From assembly GCF_006345805.1 (NCBI RefSeq), contig NC_043013.1, positions 54,250,001-54,314,000 of the forward strand: a DNA stretch of 64,000 nt, in the 5' to 3' direction. The notes below the pieces were generated by a model. That model worked only from the letters and a program-made list of their open reading frames with translations, was not told the origin of the DNA and ran no database searches. Origin of the DNA: Octopus sinensis (taxonomy: Eukaryota). Of the stretch, positions 25,416 to 38,265 are shown in pieces (within the stretch, counting starts at the first letter, position 1; the number at the start of each line of letters is the position of its first letter). Both the position numbers and the translations under genes were made by a program.

Positions 25416-28019
25416 CACAGCTTTTAAAATTTTTGATTCATCAACTCTGATAAGAGTGTTGTACCAATCTGGCCTGAAAAAGCCTTTCTGTATCTTGTAG
25501 AAACCCTTTTGGAATGGCTGAGTAGGAAATAAATTAATGAAGTTTCACTAATTGTTGTAATTAGGTGATCAGTTCTAAAGGTTTTATTTTATATATGTTG
25601 GTCTTAGAAAACATTTTTGCTTAAAAATTGAGATGTAATCAGTTTATAATTGGCTCATTTGTATTTCAAAATGAAGTGACAACACCAGCATCTCTCAGTA
25701 ATTTTCATTAGCAGCCATTAATTTGCCATCTATGTCAGAGTGACACAAGAGGCAGCACTGTTTACAAAATTTGATGAAGGCAGTTGATCAGTTAATAGCT
25801 TGGACAACTGCACAGGCAGATAATTAATTAATATATTGTCTTGTCAACCGATGCATGCTAGAGATACACATGAATTACCTTTATTTCAATTCTTGTTTCT
25901 AAAGAATTTACTGTTGTCGAGGCATGAAAAGGCTTTAGCTTGTAAACAAGTAGACATTATTTGTTGTTTTCATTTACAGAAACATGTTAAATGTGTTTTG
26001 AAAATAAATAAACACCTAACAAATGGTTGATGTAGAGAAAATTCAGCAGAAAAACAGAATGAAATAAAAAAAAAGCGGCGGTGGGGAACATTCCAAGATA
26101 AATCAATGAATATGAATTAAGTATGAGCGGCAAAAGATCAAAAGAAACTTCTAAATCAGAATCATAAGATATATATATATATATATATATATATAAAGAA
26201 CAAAACCTATTCTGTTTATTTCTTCTTCTTCTCTAGCCATAGAAACTTTGCTGTCAACTTCTCAGACAGGCTGTTTTATTCTTATGAAATACATAGAAAA
26301 AAATTGCTTCCTACCTAAAGAATTTTCAAATGACAATGCAAGAGAAATGCCACCTAAAGTGACAGATGACAGGAGACAAAAGCGGTGGGGGGGGGGGGGG
26401 AAGTGTCTAAAAAATCTCAGACTGAATCCATATTTCTGTTTGCTTAGTTTAGAAATTTCAATAACTAGCTAAGAATTCACTTGAAATACCAAGTTTTTTT
26501 CCTTTTTGTATTCAATTTGGGTTTCTAATTTTGAGTTCCATAAAAAGAATTGAAGGGCCATGAATTATTGGAGGGAGTTTGGCTCTGGGCATTTTTATTA
26601 GCTTCTATAAGGAAAGTATTCTTTTTATTTCCATTCTGTTCCGTTATAAATATTGCTTATTTGTTTTTTTACGTATTTTATTTTCTATTGATGAATCTAT
26701 TCATAGATTTTGCATTGCTTGTCCTGACAATATCCAGGAGAAATCACTCAGTTACTTATATGTCTTTGAATATAGTGGTGAGATGGGAATCAATATCCAT
26801 TATTGGATCTAACTAAATAGATTTTTTTTCTCTTCTTTATTGTTATTGTTATTATTGTCTAGAGATTTCCATTTGACTTTAGAGTATTTATGTTCACTTT
26901 GTGGGTAAACTTTGTAAAGAAATCACAAAGAGGTTAAATTCAATAGCTTACACAAACTTTTTTGTATTCTGTTTACTGAAAGAAGTAATAAATAGAAAAC
27001 TAATATAGTTTTACATATGTTTTGTATTTTTATTTTTCCATATTCAAAACAAAAGAATGAACCAAAATGGGAAGCAGACTGAGCAAAATTGTTATCTGAA
27101 GAATGCTGAATAGAACAGACGCTTTCCATTCCAATTGCTGCTATCATACAGGAAAAGAACATATATGTATGTGTGTGTGAGCATATGCATATGTATATAT
27201 ATATATATTATATGGATATGTGTGCATGCATGCATGTATGTATGTATGTATATGCACACATAAAAACATATCTTTGGTGAAGGTTTAAAGATACAATACA
27301 CTAACTTTCCTCTAGTGAGGCTTTCTCTCTTTATGTAGTATAAATATACACATACATTCTGTACACACACTCACACAATTGCATGTGTTGTGCATGTGTG
27401 AGTATGTGTAGTAAGAAACTTTAGGGAGAAGTGAATAGTGGAGGGTCTTCACAGAAGAGGTACCCCCTCCCTTGTGCAAGTGTTTTGACTCTTAGCTCTT
27501 TTGCCTTCTAAGGAGGCTAGGCCATGTCCAGATCAAGATGGACGGAGGGAGAGAGAGAGAGTTTATAAATAGAAGGTTTAGATGTGATGTGTTGAAAGAA
27601 AAATGGCAGAAAATGTTCTTAAACTTTAAAATGTTTCAGAGAGGTCCCAAGAGTTGTAAGAAAAGAGGAAAAATCCCAAAGTGTCATAGACCAGGGTTAT
27701 CTAATGAATGTGTGAAACAGTGGGTGCGTAGGAAGAATCGTACTTAATGGGTATGGCTAAACAAGAGATGCAGTGAGATATTTGGCAAAATGAGAGAGGA
27801 ATGAAGAATTGAGGAAAAGCTGTTGGATAGAAGTAGTTAATAATAGAAGCAATGGGAAAGAAAGCCATGAAATAAAATATTTGTATTGCTCTCAAATTGG
27901 TGAATATGGTTGGCAGTTTTGTTATTAAGGTGATAAAATATATGATAGGAGATGGAGTAATAAAAAGTAGAGAAACAAGAATATGAAAAACAAATTTAGA
28001 GAATTATTACTTGTGTTGG

Positions 28020-28270
28020 TAACAGTTTCTCTATCCATGATGAAGACAAGTTTCAAAGAGTATGCGTGAGGAATGCCATGATGCTGAGAAATGTTAAATT
28101 CGTATGGCCTGTTGAAGATCTGTAAATGGTAGTGTGGGAGATATCTTCAATGAGATGCCTTGATTGCAAATATTAATTTTCATTTGAGGCAAATAAAACG
28201 AAAGCTGATAGAGTTAAAATCTCTCTCAAAGCTAATAGCTCATGACTGAGACTCTTTTGAATGGGTTGCT
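28020..28270 (+). pseudogene. Decayed RTE-type reverse-transcriptase C-terminal fragment
   Basis: Remnant RVCVRNAMML resembles the RTE motif ACVRxAMLxGSE; many stops. Confidence 0.35.
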
Positions 28271-29229
28271 AGAGTCTATTGTGAGGTTAACTTTCCAGCT
28301 ACTGAAGGAAACAATTTTCTATTGGGCGTACTTCTTACAAAGGGAAATCTTGTTTTAAGACACAATATGCTGCCTGGTTTGGGAACTGAACCCACAATCT
28401 AAAGACTGAAAGCCACATATCAGTAATGACTAGGCTACATAAGGCACAAGCCAAGTTTATGAGCAGTAGCTTTGCTGGTATGTGCATATAATGCAGCATC
28501 GAATTGGATGAAGAATTCGAACATGCTTGAATCACAGAATATTTAGTTCTGATAGATGTGATAGGGAACCAAGAAAAAGGCTGAAGAAAATTAGTACAAG
28601 ATTCTCTAACCCATTGTAATATGGAAAACAGCTGTGAAAATGATAATGTCATCGATGATGATGTTGTTTGAATAATTTTACAAAATGTTAACTGTGAAAT
28701 AATTATTTGAACTGTTTAAATATCTGTAAAATATATATGTCTAATATTTCATAATTTATAAATATCACATAGAATGATATATAGGTGTATTTGTATTCAA
28801 GGGAGACTGAAATAATAAATGGAGAGGGAGTGGCCATTGGAGATATCAAATGTATGTGAGGGAAAACAAGAGACCAATAATCCCATTGAGAAGAAGTGCG
28901 AAGTTTTACAATGGCTGGAGAAGCAGGTACTTGGCTCAAAAAGAATCTGCAAAATTTTCCTGTAAATTTTGTGCGAACATATTTTCGATTACTTCCATAA
29001 TTTATATTGATAAGGAAAAACAGGAAAAAATAGAAAAATAAATTGTTAACAAAGCATGCTAAGTGTTCAGTTTAAATGATAGAAATTCAGACACATGTAT
29101 ATGAACACACACACACACACAAGCTATATAACTTTTGTTTTCATTAATTACTAACCAAACTCCAAAACATTGCTGTCTTTTGAAAAAGGGTTTATAAACA
29201 AAATAAATTACTTTAATATTTAATTTCAT

Positions 29230-29255
29230 ACATATATATATACATAATATATATA

Positions 29256-29325
<70 letters not shown>

Positions 29326-29473
29326 AAATTCATACATGTATGTATGTATATATATATATGTGTATATATATATATAAGTATATATATTATACATATATAT
29401 ATATATAAGTATATATATATATCATACATATGTATATTTGTATTACACATACCTACATACATACATACATACA

Positions 29474-29503
<30 letters not shown>
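29230..29503. repeat. Compound (TA)n/(TG)n/(TACA)n microsatellite
   Basis: Seen directly. Confidence 0.95.
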
Positions 29504-29504
<1 letters not shown>

Positions 29505-30769
29505 GAACGATAATATTTTGATATAGAATTTGTTTTTGAAAGTAAAAAATATCGTATTTAATTTCATACACATGTTTGTATTAAAAGATTTGTTATAAAA
29601 AGTTATAGCATAACTACAGAATGGTATTTCCTTCTCCACCTTTGTTTCCTCACAACTCTCTTTAAAATACATGTTAATGATATTTTGCTGGAGTTTTGCA
29701 TCATTGTCTCCTTCTTTCATCCCTCTGACTTGCTAACCAAACACTTCAGCAATTTTAGCATTTTTCACGGGCTTTTAGCATTTGAAACTTCAATTTACAC
29801 TTTCAAGACAAAAAAAAAACATATCTTTGCCAAGTGTCATTTAAAAGTAGACATTTTAAAGAAAGTTATGAGGAAGCAAAGGCAAGGGTTAAATGACCAG
29901 AAATTCTGCCTTAAAAGAATAATGCTTGTTGCATAATCATTATCTATATCATAAAAAAAAATGTATTTCTATGACAGTTAAGAGTAAATGTAGTTGAGTG
30001 AGAGGAAAATGCCAAAGTTTCATAGATGTAAAAAAAGCAGCATCACATTTATGAATTACTGTAATATTTTTATGTTCAATAAACAGTACAAAGTCTTTAG
30101 TTAGGAAATTTCTTAACATTTTCTTCTATTGTTTTGAATCAGTGCTCAATTTTCTATTTCTGATAAATCTGGAATCACTTTTGATGACATGGGTATACTA
30201 GTAAAATTTAATAATTGATACAAACATAATCCAGAAATAAGATTTCTGCAACCAAAATATTATTTGGTTGTATTGATATAACATTGATATAGTTATCTTT
30301 CATAAACATAGATGAAGATAAAATTTTTTTTTTACTTTTTCTTTCTTTTTTTCTCCCTCCCCCTTTTTTGTTGATGTAAATAACTGTTTCCAGTTTCTTA
30401 GAGAAACAAACTTCTTTCCTAATCATTCTTTGCTACAATCTCAGGAATTGCCATTTCCTAACTGTATTTTTTCTAAAAATATCCTATTTAGATCTATATA
30501 AACTTGTGTCAGCATGAACCAGTTGCAGAAAAGAAAAGTTCCAAAACAAGACAAGGGGAAATATTGTATTCTTGTGCAGCTTTCATTAAATCATTCAACA
30601 ACAACAACAACAACTACTGCACAATTCACAAAAAAAAAACATCAATGATTAAAACTAAATAGAAAGAGATTATCCTAACTTTCAAAGCAATCCACTAAAA
30701 TGTACACAACTTGCTTTTAAACTATTCACATTGTTAAAGAGAAGAACACTGAGCTCATTTAGAAGTGTT

Positions 30770-31068
30770 GGGCCTCATGGAAGCAATGATCGAGACCTTT
30801 GGCAATATATCATGCTTGAGAGAGAAGAGCCATCAAGCCAAGTAAAATCAAAGCCATGGCAGATACTGGTGTCACGCAAATGGCACCTGTGCCAGTGGCA
30901 TGTAAAAACACCTATTACACTCTTGTAGTGATTGGCGTTAGGAAGGGCATCCAGTTGTAGAAACCATGCCAATTCAAACTGGAGTCTTGTGCAGCCTTCC
31001 AGCTCACCAACCTTGGTCAAACCATCCATCCAATGCCAGCATGGACAACATACATTAAATGATGATGA
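30770..31068 (+). mobile_element. RTE 3' end including the last ORF codons
   Basis: GLMEAM..DRDLWQYIMLE remnant followed by the 3' UTR and gatgatgat tail. Confidence 0.75.
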
Positions 31069-32484
31069 TATTAAAAGTTATTGACATTTTGGACAGTCAT
31101 GAAATTCCAAATGATACACAAGGAAATTTTTTACTGCTAATTGTGTGTATTTATGTGTGTACGTATACATACACACAGATACACATACATATCAAGAGAC
31201 AGAAAGAAAAAGAGAGAGAGAGAAATTTTATCACATTTTGGCATCAAATACATTTGTAAGACTATGGTAAAACACTTTATCATATTTTCTTGGGCTCATA
31301 AAAATGTACCCTCAAATATATTTCATCATCTTTCTGTTGTACCCAATTTCCATTCTCGTATAGTTGGACAGTTAGACTGGATCCAACAAAGATGATTGCA
31401 TCATGCTTCAGTGTCTGCTGTGGCATGACTGCTATCATTGCCAACCATTCTTAAGGCCAACCATTCTGCAAAGTGTACTGGATGCTTTTTCTATGCAAGC
31501 GGCAAAGTGATATTTGATTTCCTGCTGGTGTAGATTGGAGACAAGGCAGCTTTATGCTAAGAGATGAGAGGTTAAAGAATGAAAGAAGAGGCAAAAGCAG
31601 AACAGGTTTCTTGCTGCAGAGAAGGTATATGGCTACTCATGTTATGGAAGAGAGGGTGAGAGTAACAATGATATGAAATAGTGGAGAAGAGGTGTCAAAG
31701 TGGATCCTCAAGGTACAAGGTGAGCAGAAACCAGTGGGGCCAGAAGAAGAGGCAGTGTTGGTAGGTAGAGGCTGCAAAGGTGTATGAAGAGAGTGAAGGA
31801 TGGTTAGAGCTAGAGAAGAAGAAATGGGTGAGTATAAGGATGAAAGAAAAGGTATGGAATAAATAAATTTGATCCAATGGTGTAATTCTAAATATCTTTG
31901 ATATTACAATTTCAGATTGGTGGGATGGAATATTTAATTTATCCAGAACTCTTATTTGATAAATTTTTATTCTTCACTCAAGCTGTCAGTATTGACAAAT
32001 ATTCTGGAGGAATACGTGGAAAACTAGCAGAAGTGAAAGAATAATTTCAACTTAAATCATCATCTCAAAACTTCACTTCACTGTCAAGAAAAGAAAATTT
32101 GTTTCTGTATTTTTGTCCCAAAATGTTGAATATTACAGAAATGGAGGAAACTTTTCCTCAAAAACTGTAATAAGTAAAATAACAATTTCAAATATCTTTT
32201 GGAATAATCAGAAATATTAAAAGATTTTTTTAAAAGGATGGAGTGGAGTAACAGAAATTATCTGTTATTATCCAATAAAGGTAAGAAGATACTGTTTGAA
32301 ATATATCAAAACTAGGCTACAATATAACTGACTGGGTGCTGACATGGATTAGTGATTAGAAGGCTGTCATGCAGTCCCAGGATCAATTCCACTTTCTGCA
32401 ATCTCGGGTGTCTTTACTATAATTTTGAGTGGACCCAAACTTCCTGACTAAATTTAGGTAAACAGAAGCTGTGTCTGCTTGTGT

Positions 32485-32485
32485 G

Positions 32486-32528
<43 letters not shown>

Positions 32529-32538
32529 AATAATGATG

Positions 32539-32581
<43 letters not shown>

Positions 32582-32630
32582 TAATAATAATAATAATAAT
32601 AATGATAATAATAATAATGATAATAATAAA
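32485..32630. repeat. (TA)n + (TAA/TGA)n microsatellite
   Basis: Seen directly. Confidence 0.95.
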
Positions 32631-32779
32631 TATATACGTTTTATTTATTATTCTGCACATTACTTAATCATCATTATATTTTTTATCTTATATTTAATCT
32701 TTCTATTATATGTAATTTTCTAGATGGTGTAATTTAATTGTTCATTTTGAATTGATAAAAGGTGGGTTTTTTTCTAATT

Positions 32780-32826
<47 letters not shown>

Positions 32827-33149
32827 TAGACATAAGTTTCATTAACTACAAAATATAAGCATCCACACTACTACACTTGAAACGTACCTGTTATAAATCT
32901 TTATCTTGATTTGAATGTATGTGAAGATATTTAGAATGTCCAAACTTATTTCTGCAAATGTGCTAAGAACTGATGCTGATCACAGTTTAATCAATAAGTG
33001 TAGGAGCAAGGTAAATGCAGTAAAAATAGTGGGTATCAGTGGGGCCCCATTTAAGCAGCCCTTCAGAAATTGGACAGCCTTACGATACTCCCTGGGAATT
33101 CATGGTATGAAATTCATTGTCATTGCTCCGATTTGGTCGCCAATACCAT

Positions 33150-33335
33150 GTATTTGCATTATTTACATTTGACAGATATATGTCCTCATCTTGTTTGTTG
33201 TTGGCACGTTTCAGCTGATATACCCTCCAGCCTTCAACAGGTGTCTTGGGGTAATTTTGAACCTGGTTCTCATTCCTAAGGTATTTTTTCGATATTGTTG
33301 TTGTTGTTATCACTATTATTATTATTATTATTATT
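33150..33335 (-). mobile_element. 3' half of SINE family C (after its internal (TAA)n)
   Basis: Minus strand: (taa)n..atcgaaaaaataccttaggaatgagaaccaggttcaaaattaccccaagacacctgttgaaggctggagggtatatcagctgaaacg..aacaaacaagatgaggac..tgtcaaatgtaaataatg. Assignment to the same SINE as the head relies on my recollection of the family. Confidence 0.65.
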
Positions 33336-33740
33336 CTGTTTGACTTTTGCTTTATGTCTGTACAAGTTGGCTCCAAGTCTCACACAGAGACCTCAAGAGA
33401 CAACAAGTTGGAAGTTCTGTGCCATATATTTGGGGGGGAGGTGTTTTTTTTTGGTGTTGTACTAGTGAATGTCTAATACATAAAAATAAAATTTTAAAAA
33501 AATAAATAAATAAAAGAAAAAAAATTAAAAAAAAAAGAAGTTTGTTTTAAACCTTGGGATTACATAGAGAGTATTTTGCGTAGGATATGAGCAGTTCCCA
33601 TGAGCACTATCTTTTGAATTTCTGCCATTTTGGGGTTTCCTGGTATCTGAGTTAGGTAGCAATCAGTCCCTTTCGCTATCATTCCCAGGGCACCTATGAC
33701 AACAGGTATTGTTTTAGTCTTCAGCTTCCACATTTTGCTG

Positions 33741-33744
<4 letters not shown>
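33336..33744 (-). mobile_element. 5'-truncated R4/Dong-like RLE LINE 3' end (family 1)
   Basis: Intact frame ISKMWKLKTKTIPVVIGALGMIAKGTDCYLTQIPGNPKMAEIQKIVLMGTAHILRKILSM* (33560-33742), 3' UTR, (TAA)n on both sides. Confidence 0.8.
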
Positions 33745-33794
<50 letters not shown>

Positions 33795-33799
<5 letters not shown>

Positions 33800-33869
33800 T
33801 CACTGCCTGGAACCAAAGTTGGAATCTTGGGGTTAGTAGCCCGTGCTCTTAACTACTACACAATATGCC
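33795..33869 (-). mobile_element. tRNA-derived head of SINE family C
   Basis: ggcatattgtgtagtagttaagagcacgggctactaaccccaagattccaactttggttccaggcagtgacctga followed by (ATA)n. Confidence 0.7.
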
Positions 33870-35424
33870 TCTGTACTTAGTTTAGTGGGGCCCCATTTAT
33901 ATAGTCCTTAAAAAAGTAGACCCCATTAGGACATTCCCTGGGATTAGGAGAGTTGCTGGTTTGAGTTTTATTGTCCTTGCACCAATGGTCTAGGAGGAGT
34001 TAACAAACATAAAAATGTAACGGACAAAGAAACATCACTCAAATTATAATAGGATGTGTGTGTGTGTATACATACATATATATATATATATGTATAATGT
34101 GACTGATAAAAATATCAAATGTTGCTATACATTGCTGGTCACAATGCACCTCATTTTAGCTTTTGATTGAGGCCATTCAACTGACAAAGCAAGCAGACCA
34201 ACACTTGGCCTCTGATTTGAAGGCAGAGTGACTCATTTAGAACGGAGTGAAGAGGAGCAATTTGAAATGGAGTATCTTACTCAAGAAGTCTGGTATTTGA
34301 AACTTTGATCTTATGACCATGAGGGCAAAACCCCTAACCACTAGGCCATTCACCTTCATATTTGTGTGTGTGTATACAACTGTCAGATTATTCTGGCAAT
34401 TTAAAGGTCTAACTTCGTTACACTGCGGCCATTTACACGTTAATCATCATGAAGTCATACATCTAAAATCACTGAAATAAAACTACAGTGCTGTATAAAA
34501 AAATTTACTAAAATAAATTCCCATTACCACCAGCAGTCTTTCACTCATCAGCAAGCTATCTCCAACCAATATTTGTTCTGTTTATAATGCAATGATCTTA
34601 GAATTTTTCTTTTCACATTTCCCCCAGTCACCCTTTCTTTCTTCTAACTTTCCAAACTTTTTGTCCACCAATTCGTCATGCATATTAAGTTGACAGGCCA
34701 ACATGTTATATTCTCCAGACTTACCAGTTTTATTTCTAAATTTCAACTAATTCTGTTGCCATTTAGAACAGACCATTCATTTTAGTGTTAAAAATGTCAA
34801 GAAAAAAATAACCTTAGCAAAAGTGGCCTATCTTTGGAACATGATGTTGCAAGTATTTAAATATTGTTTTATTTTAACTGAGATAAAAGATTTTACATTT
34901 CCAAAGAGTGGGGAAATAAGAAGTTGTAATGTTAATTCTTTTCCTGTTTTGTTAGCAGTGTAAGAAAAATTAATTAGTTTCAATGAAGACTCCAAACTAG
35001 CTCAAGGTCTCAGAATTCTGGAATATTTCAATGTTGACTACTGACTTGTTAAATCTAAACGCAGAGCAGCATCACTGACAGATAAATTAGATCCAATACG
35101 TCGATAATTGCTTTACTACTAATGAAATAAAAAGCATTTTCAGTGATGTTGAGATCAAACAGTCATGAACCAAAAGTTATTTCATAAATAAATAAATAAT
35201 CTTTCTTGTAAACTCTTTGAGTAACAGAAGCTTTTTAATTAACAGTGAATATTTCATTAATTGGTTTGGTAATTTGTGTAGTAGTTTAGATAGAAATTAT
35301 TGATTGGGTGGGATACAAAACTAAATAGAAGGGTAGATCTATCAATTTCCTCAAGTTTCTCCTCCTCGTTGTTGTTGTCATAATCGCTGTTATCCTCTTA
35401 ATCAACATTTAAACAAGCAATTTT

Positions 35425-35722
35425 CTCTATTTGCATCAACCAAATGAAATCCAGCGAAATATTTTCAATGGCAGGGTGCCCTTCCTGTTGCCAACCCTGT
35501 TTTCAAGCAAGGTAATATTTCCCCACAACAGGGAAGATTAGAAACAAAAGACATTGCTTATATGATGATGATGATGATGATTTGTTTCAAACTATTGTGT
35601 ACTGTCAAGACATGCATGCACTCACGCACACACAACAGGCTTCTTTCAGTTTCCACAATGTGACTGAACCCCAAATCTTGTAGTTGTGAAATGGATTTCT
35701 TAACTGCACAGCCACACCTGCA
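35425..35722 (-). mobile_element. SINE family A2, degraded
   Basis: cagggtgcccttcctgttgccaaccctg...gtcaagaca...gactgaacccc. Confidence 0.6.
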
Positions 35723-36078
35723 TCATTAATAAAACTGCAAGTAAATGCAGGATTATTAACATATCTTGTAATTTGTAAACTAATTCTAAAATTTCTTGTG
35801 AATCTATTCAGAGTCCATAGATATTTTTTCGTATTGTTTTAAAGAGAAAATTAACTTCACGTAGACATTGCTGAAAAATATGAAATTAATAATAATGATG
35901 ATGAACTCTCACATTGAAGACGATGTATGAGTCTTCAGCTTAATAATAATAATAACAATATAGTAGAAGACACTTGCTCTAGATGCCATGCCATGAGACT
36001 GAACCCAAAGCCATGCAGTTATGAAATGAATTTCTTAACTATGCACCATTTGAACACTGTTGCTTAATTATTATTATT

Positions 36079-36364
36079 AAACTGAAATAGGAAATACGAA
36101 GGTTGTGGTCAATGAAGAGAGTAGACGTGATACCAATAGTAATTGGTGCACTTGGAAGTATCAGCACTCAACTACCAACATGGCTGAAAAAGATCGGTGC
36201 AAGTGTGAAAGTAGAACACCTACAAAAATCAGCATTGCTTGGAACTGCAAGAATTCTTCACAGGGTTCTTGAAGCATGACCAGTAAACAACTGTCGCCTT
36301 AGTCTGCTGGCTGTGGACAGCTGACACTTCCCATCATAGCCAGCAAAATAAACTGTGAGATTTC

Positions 36365-36411
<47 letters not shown>
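36079..36411 (+). mobile_element. 5'-truncated R4/Dong-like RLE LINE 3' end (family 2) with (TAA)n tail
   Basis: KLK*EIRRLWSMKRVDVIPIVIGALGSISTQLPTWLKKIGASVKVEHLQKSALLGTARILHRVLEA* (stop 36277-36279); preceded by (TTA)n, followed by ~15 TAA units. Confidence 0.8.
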
Positions 36412-36415
<4 letters not shown>

Positions 36416-37194
36416 CAACTAGTAGTTTCTAGCATAAACATGAGGTCTGAAGTTTTGAGGACAGGAGCGGTTGATTAGATGAACCTCCTATACTTGAAGG
36501 ATGAAGGGCAAATCTGACATTTATGAGGTTGAGTGCCGTAACTAGATATTGTAAAGCATTGTGGCTGATCCCCCCCCCCACCACCACCACCAACAACATG
36601 TATATTGGGAAATCTCTCAAAATGTGATGGGAAATTAAATTTCACTTATGTCTTCTAATTTTTATATGAATTACAACACCATCATCATCAAAATCTGATG
36701 ATGTTTAATTACATAGCAACTGCTTAGACAAACTGTAATCAACTTGAAATAAAAGTGAGTTTATTTAGAACTTCCTCATTCATTCGGCTGCAATTCTACA
36801 TCCTAGTGGTTTTTGTCTCAGAGACAGAAGAGGATAAAAATCATCACACATAGGTGTTGGGGTTTTTTATATTTTATGAATTTTCTCAGTTGTGAAATAA
36901 CCTCCTCTCTTCAAGCTGTGAAAGCAAAGAACCGGTACCTCACAGAAACAATGAGCCAAGAGCAAGGGTTGATAGAATATGAATTATGCAAGAAGCAATA
37001 GAAGCAAGAAATAATTTAATAGTTTTAGAAGATATCTTAAGAGCTTATAAAGACATATTCCATTTTGAAACATAGTGTAACATTTGAATAATGATTAAAG
37101 AATGCTGAAAGTGACTGTGGTACTTTTAAGAAAATGACAGATTTTGATAGTGTAAGATATTTGCTATATCTTCAATCTTTAACTCTCTGTCTTT

Positions 37195-37562
37195 TTTGCT
37201 TTATTTCACTCATTAGACTGTGGCCATGCTGGGGCATCACTTTCAAGAATTTTAGTTGATTGAATTGGCCCGAGTATTTATTTTCTTTTAAGCCTCTCAC
37301 TTATTCTATCAGTCTCTTTTGCTGACCCACCAAGTTGCAGATATGTAAACACACCAACACTGGTTGTCCAGTGATGGTGACGGACAAACACAGATATAAG
37401 GGGGGACATACATGCAATGAGCTTCTTTCAATTTCCATCTACTCACAAGGCTTTGGTCAGTCCAGAGCTGTAGTAGAAGGCCCTTACCCTTGGTACAACT
37501 CAGTGGGACTGAACCCAAAATCATGTGGTTGGAAATAAACTTTTTACCACACAGCCACACCA
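37195..37562 (-). mobile_element. SINE family A1
   Basis: cagtgggactgaacccaaaatcatgtggttgg...ttaccacacagccac. Confidence 0.8.
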
Positions 37563-37913
37563 AATGAAGTTTGCTATGGTCTGTGTGATTCAACCATTAT
37601 TCTTTCACTTTTTCATGCATTATAGAGTCTGACAAAATTTGATATATTTTCAAATTATTATCCAAGGATGAGTAACAAGTAATACCATTTTGATTGATTT
37701 ATGATAGACAAAAGCAGAAACATACAAAGGGAACCTTATCTCGTTTCATCATCGTTAGAGGAAATTGCAGCTGAATTTGAGTAGAGGCTGCCTCCAGAAA
37801 CTGAAGTTATTTGACTGTGATAAAAATCAAGGAAGCAATTTTAGAGAGATGTATATATTGTTATATTGTTATATAAATACCATTATTATTATTTACAGGA
37901 TATATAACTTTAA

Positions 37914-38085
37914 CCCTTTTGCTGTCAAAATGTCAAAACTAATCCTTATTTATCCACATTATTTTGAATTAATCCTGGATTATCTCGTAACTTTGAGGGT
38001 TTGATGATGTGATTGTTTATTTGTAGAAGAACATTGTAAAGTAGGTGTGAGAGGTTGGATATGGCTGGTTTGAATGCTAAAAGAG
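37914..38085. mobile_element. piggyBac-type MITE, ~180 nt from the exon donor
   Basis: TTAA at 37910-37913 and 38086-38089; imperfect TIRs cccttttgc / gctaaaagag. Confidence 0.6.
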
Positions 38086-38265
38086 TTAATGAGATAAAAA
38101 GAAAGAAAACATGGACAAAAACCATGAGTTTTTAGATTTATGATTGAGCAAAAATCAAAATTAATTTTGTAATTTGTTTCAAAACCAACGTTTACAGCAT
38201 TGTGTTCAGGGCAGTTGAAGTGACACCGAAATATATTGTTTGTAGAAATATTATCATTTACTTAC

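Noticed and set aside
29059-29720. IY/YI-rich ORFs here and at 19948, 22105, 32454, 40950-41546, 52526 and 62941
   Set aside because: (TA)n, (CA)n and (TAA)n microsatellite translations.
33795-33869. Possible genuine tRNA gene
   Set aside because: Degenerate B-box, no closing acceptor stem, and it continues into SINE sequence; the same applies to all other tRNA-like heads in the window.
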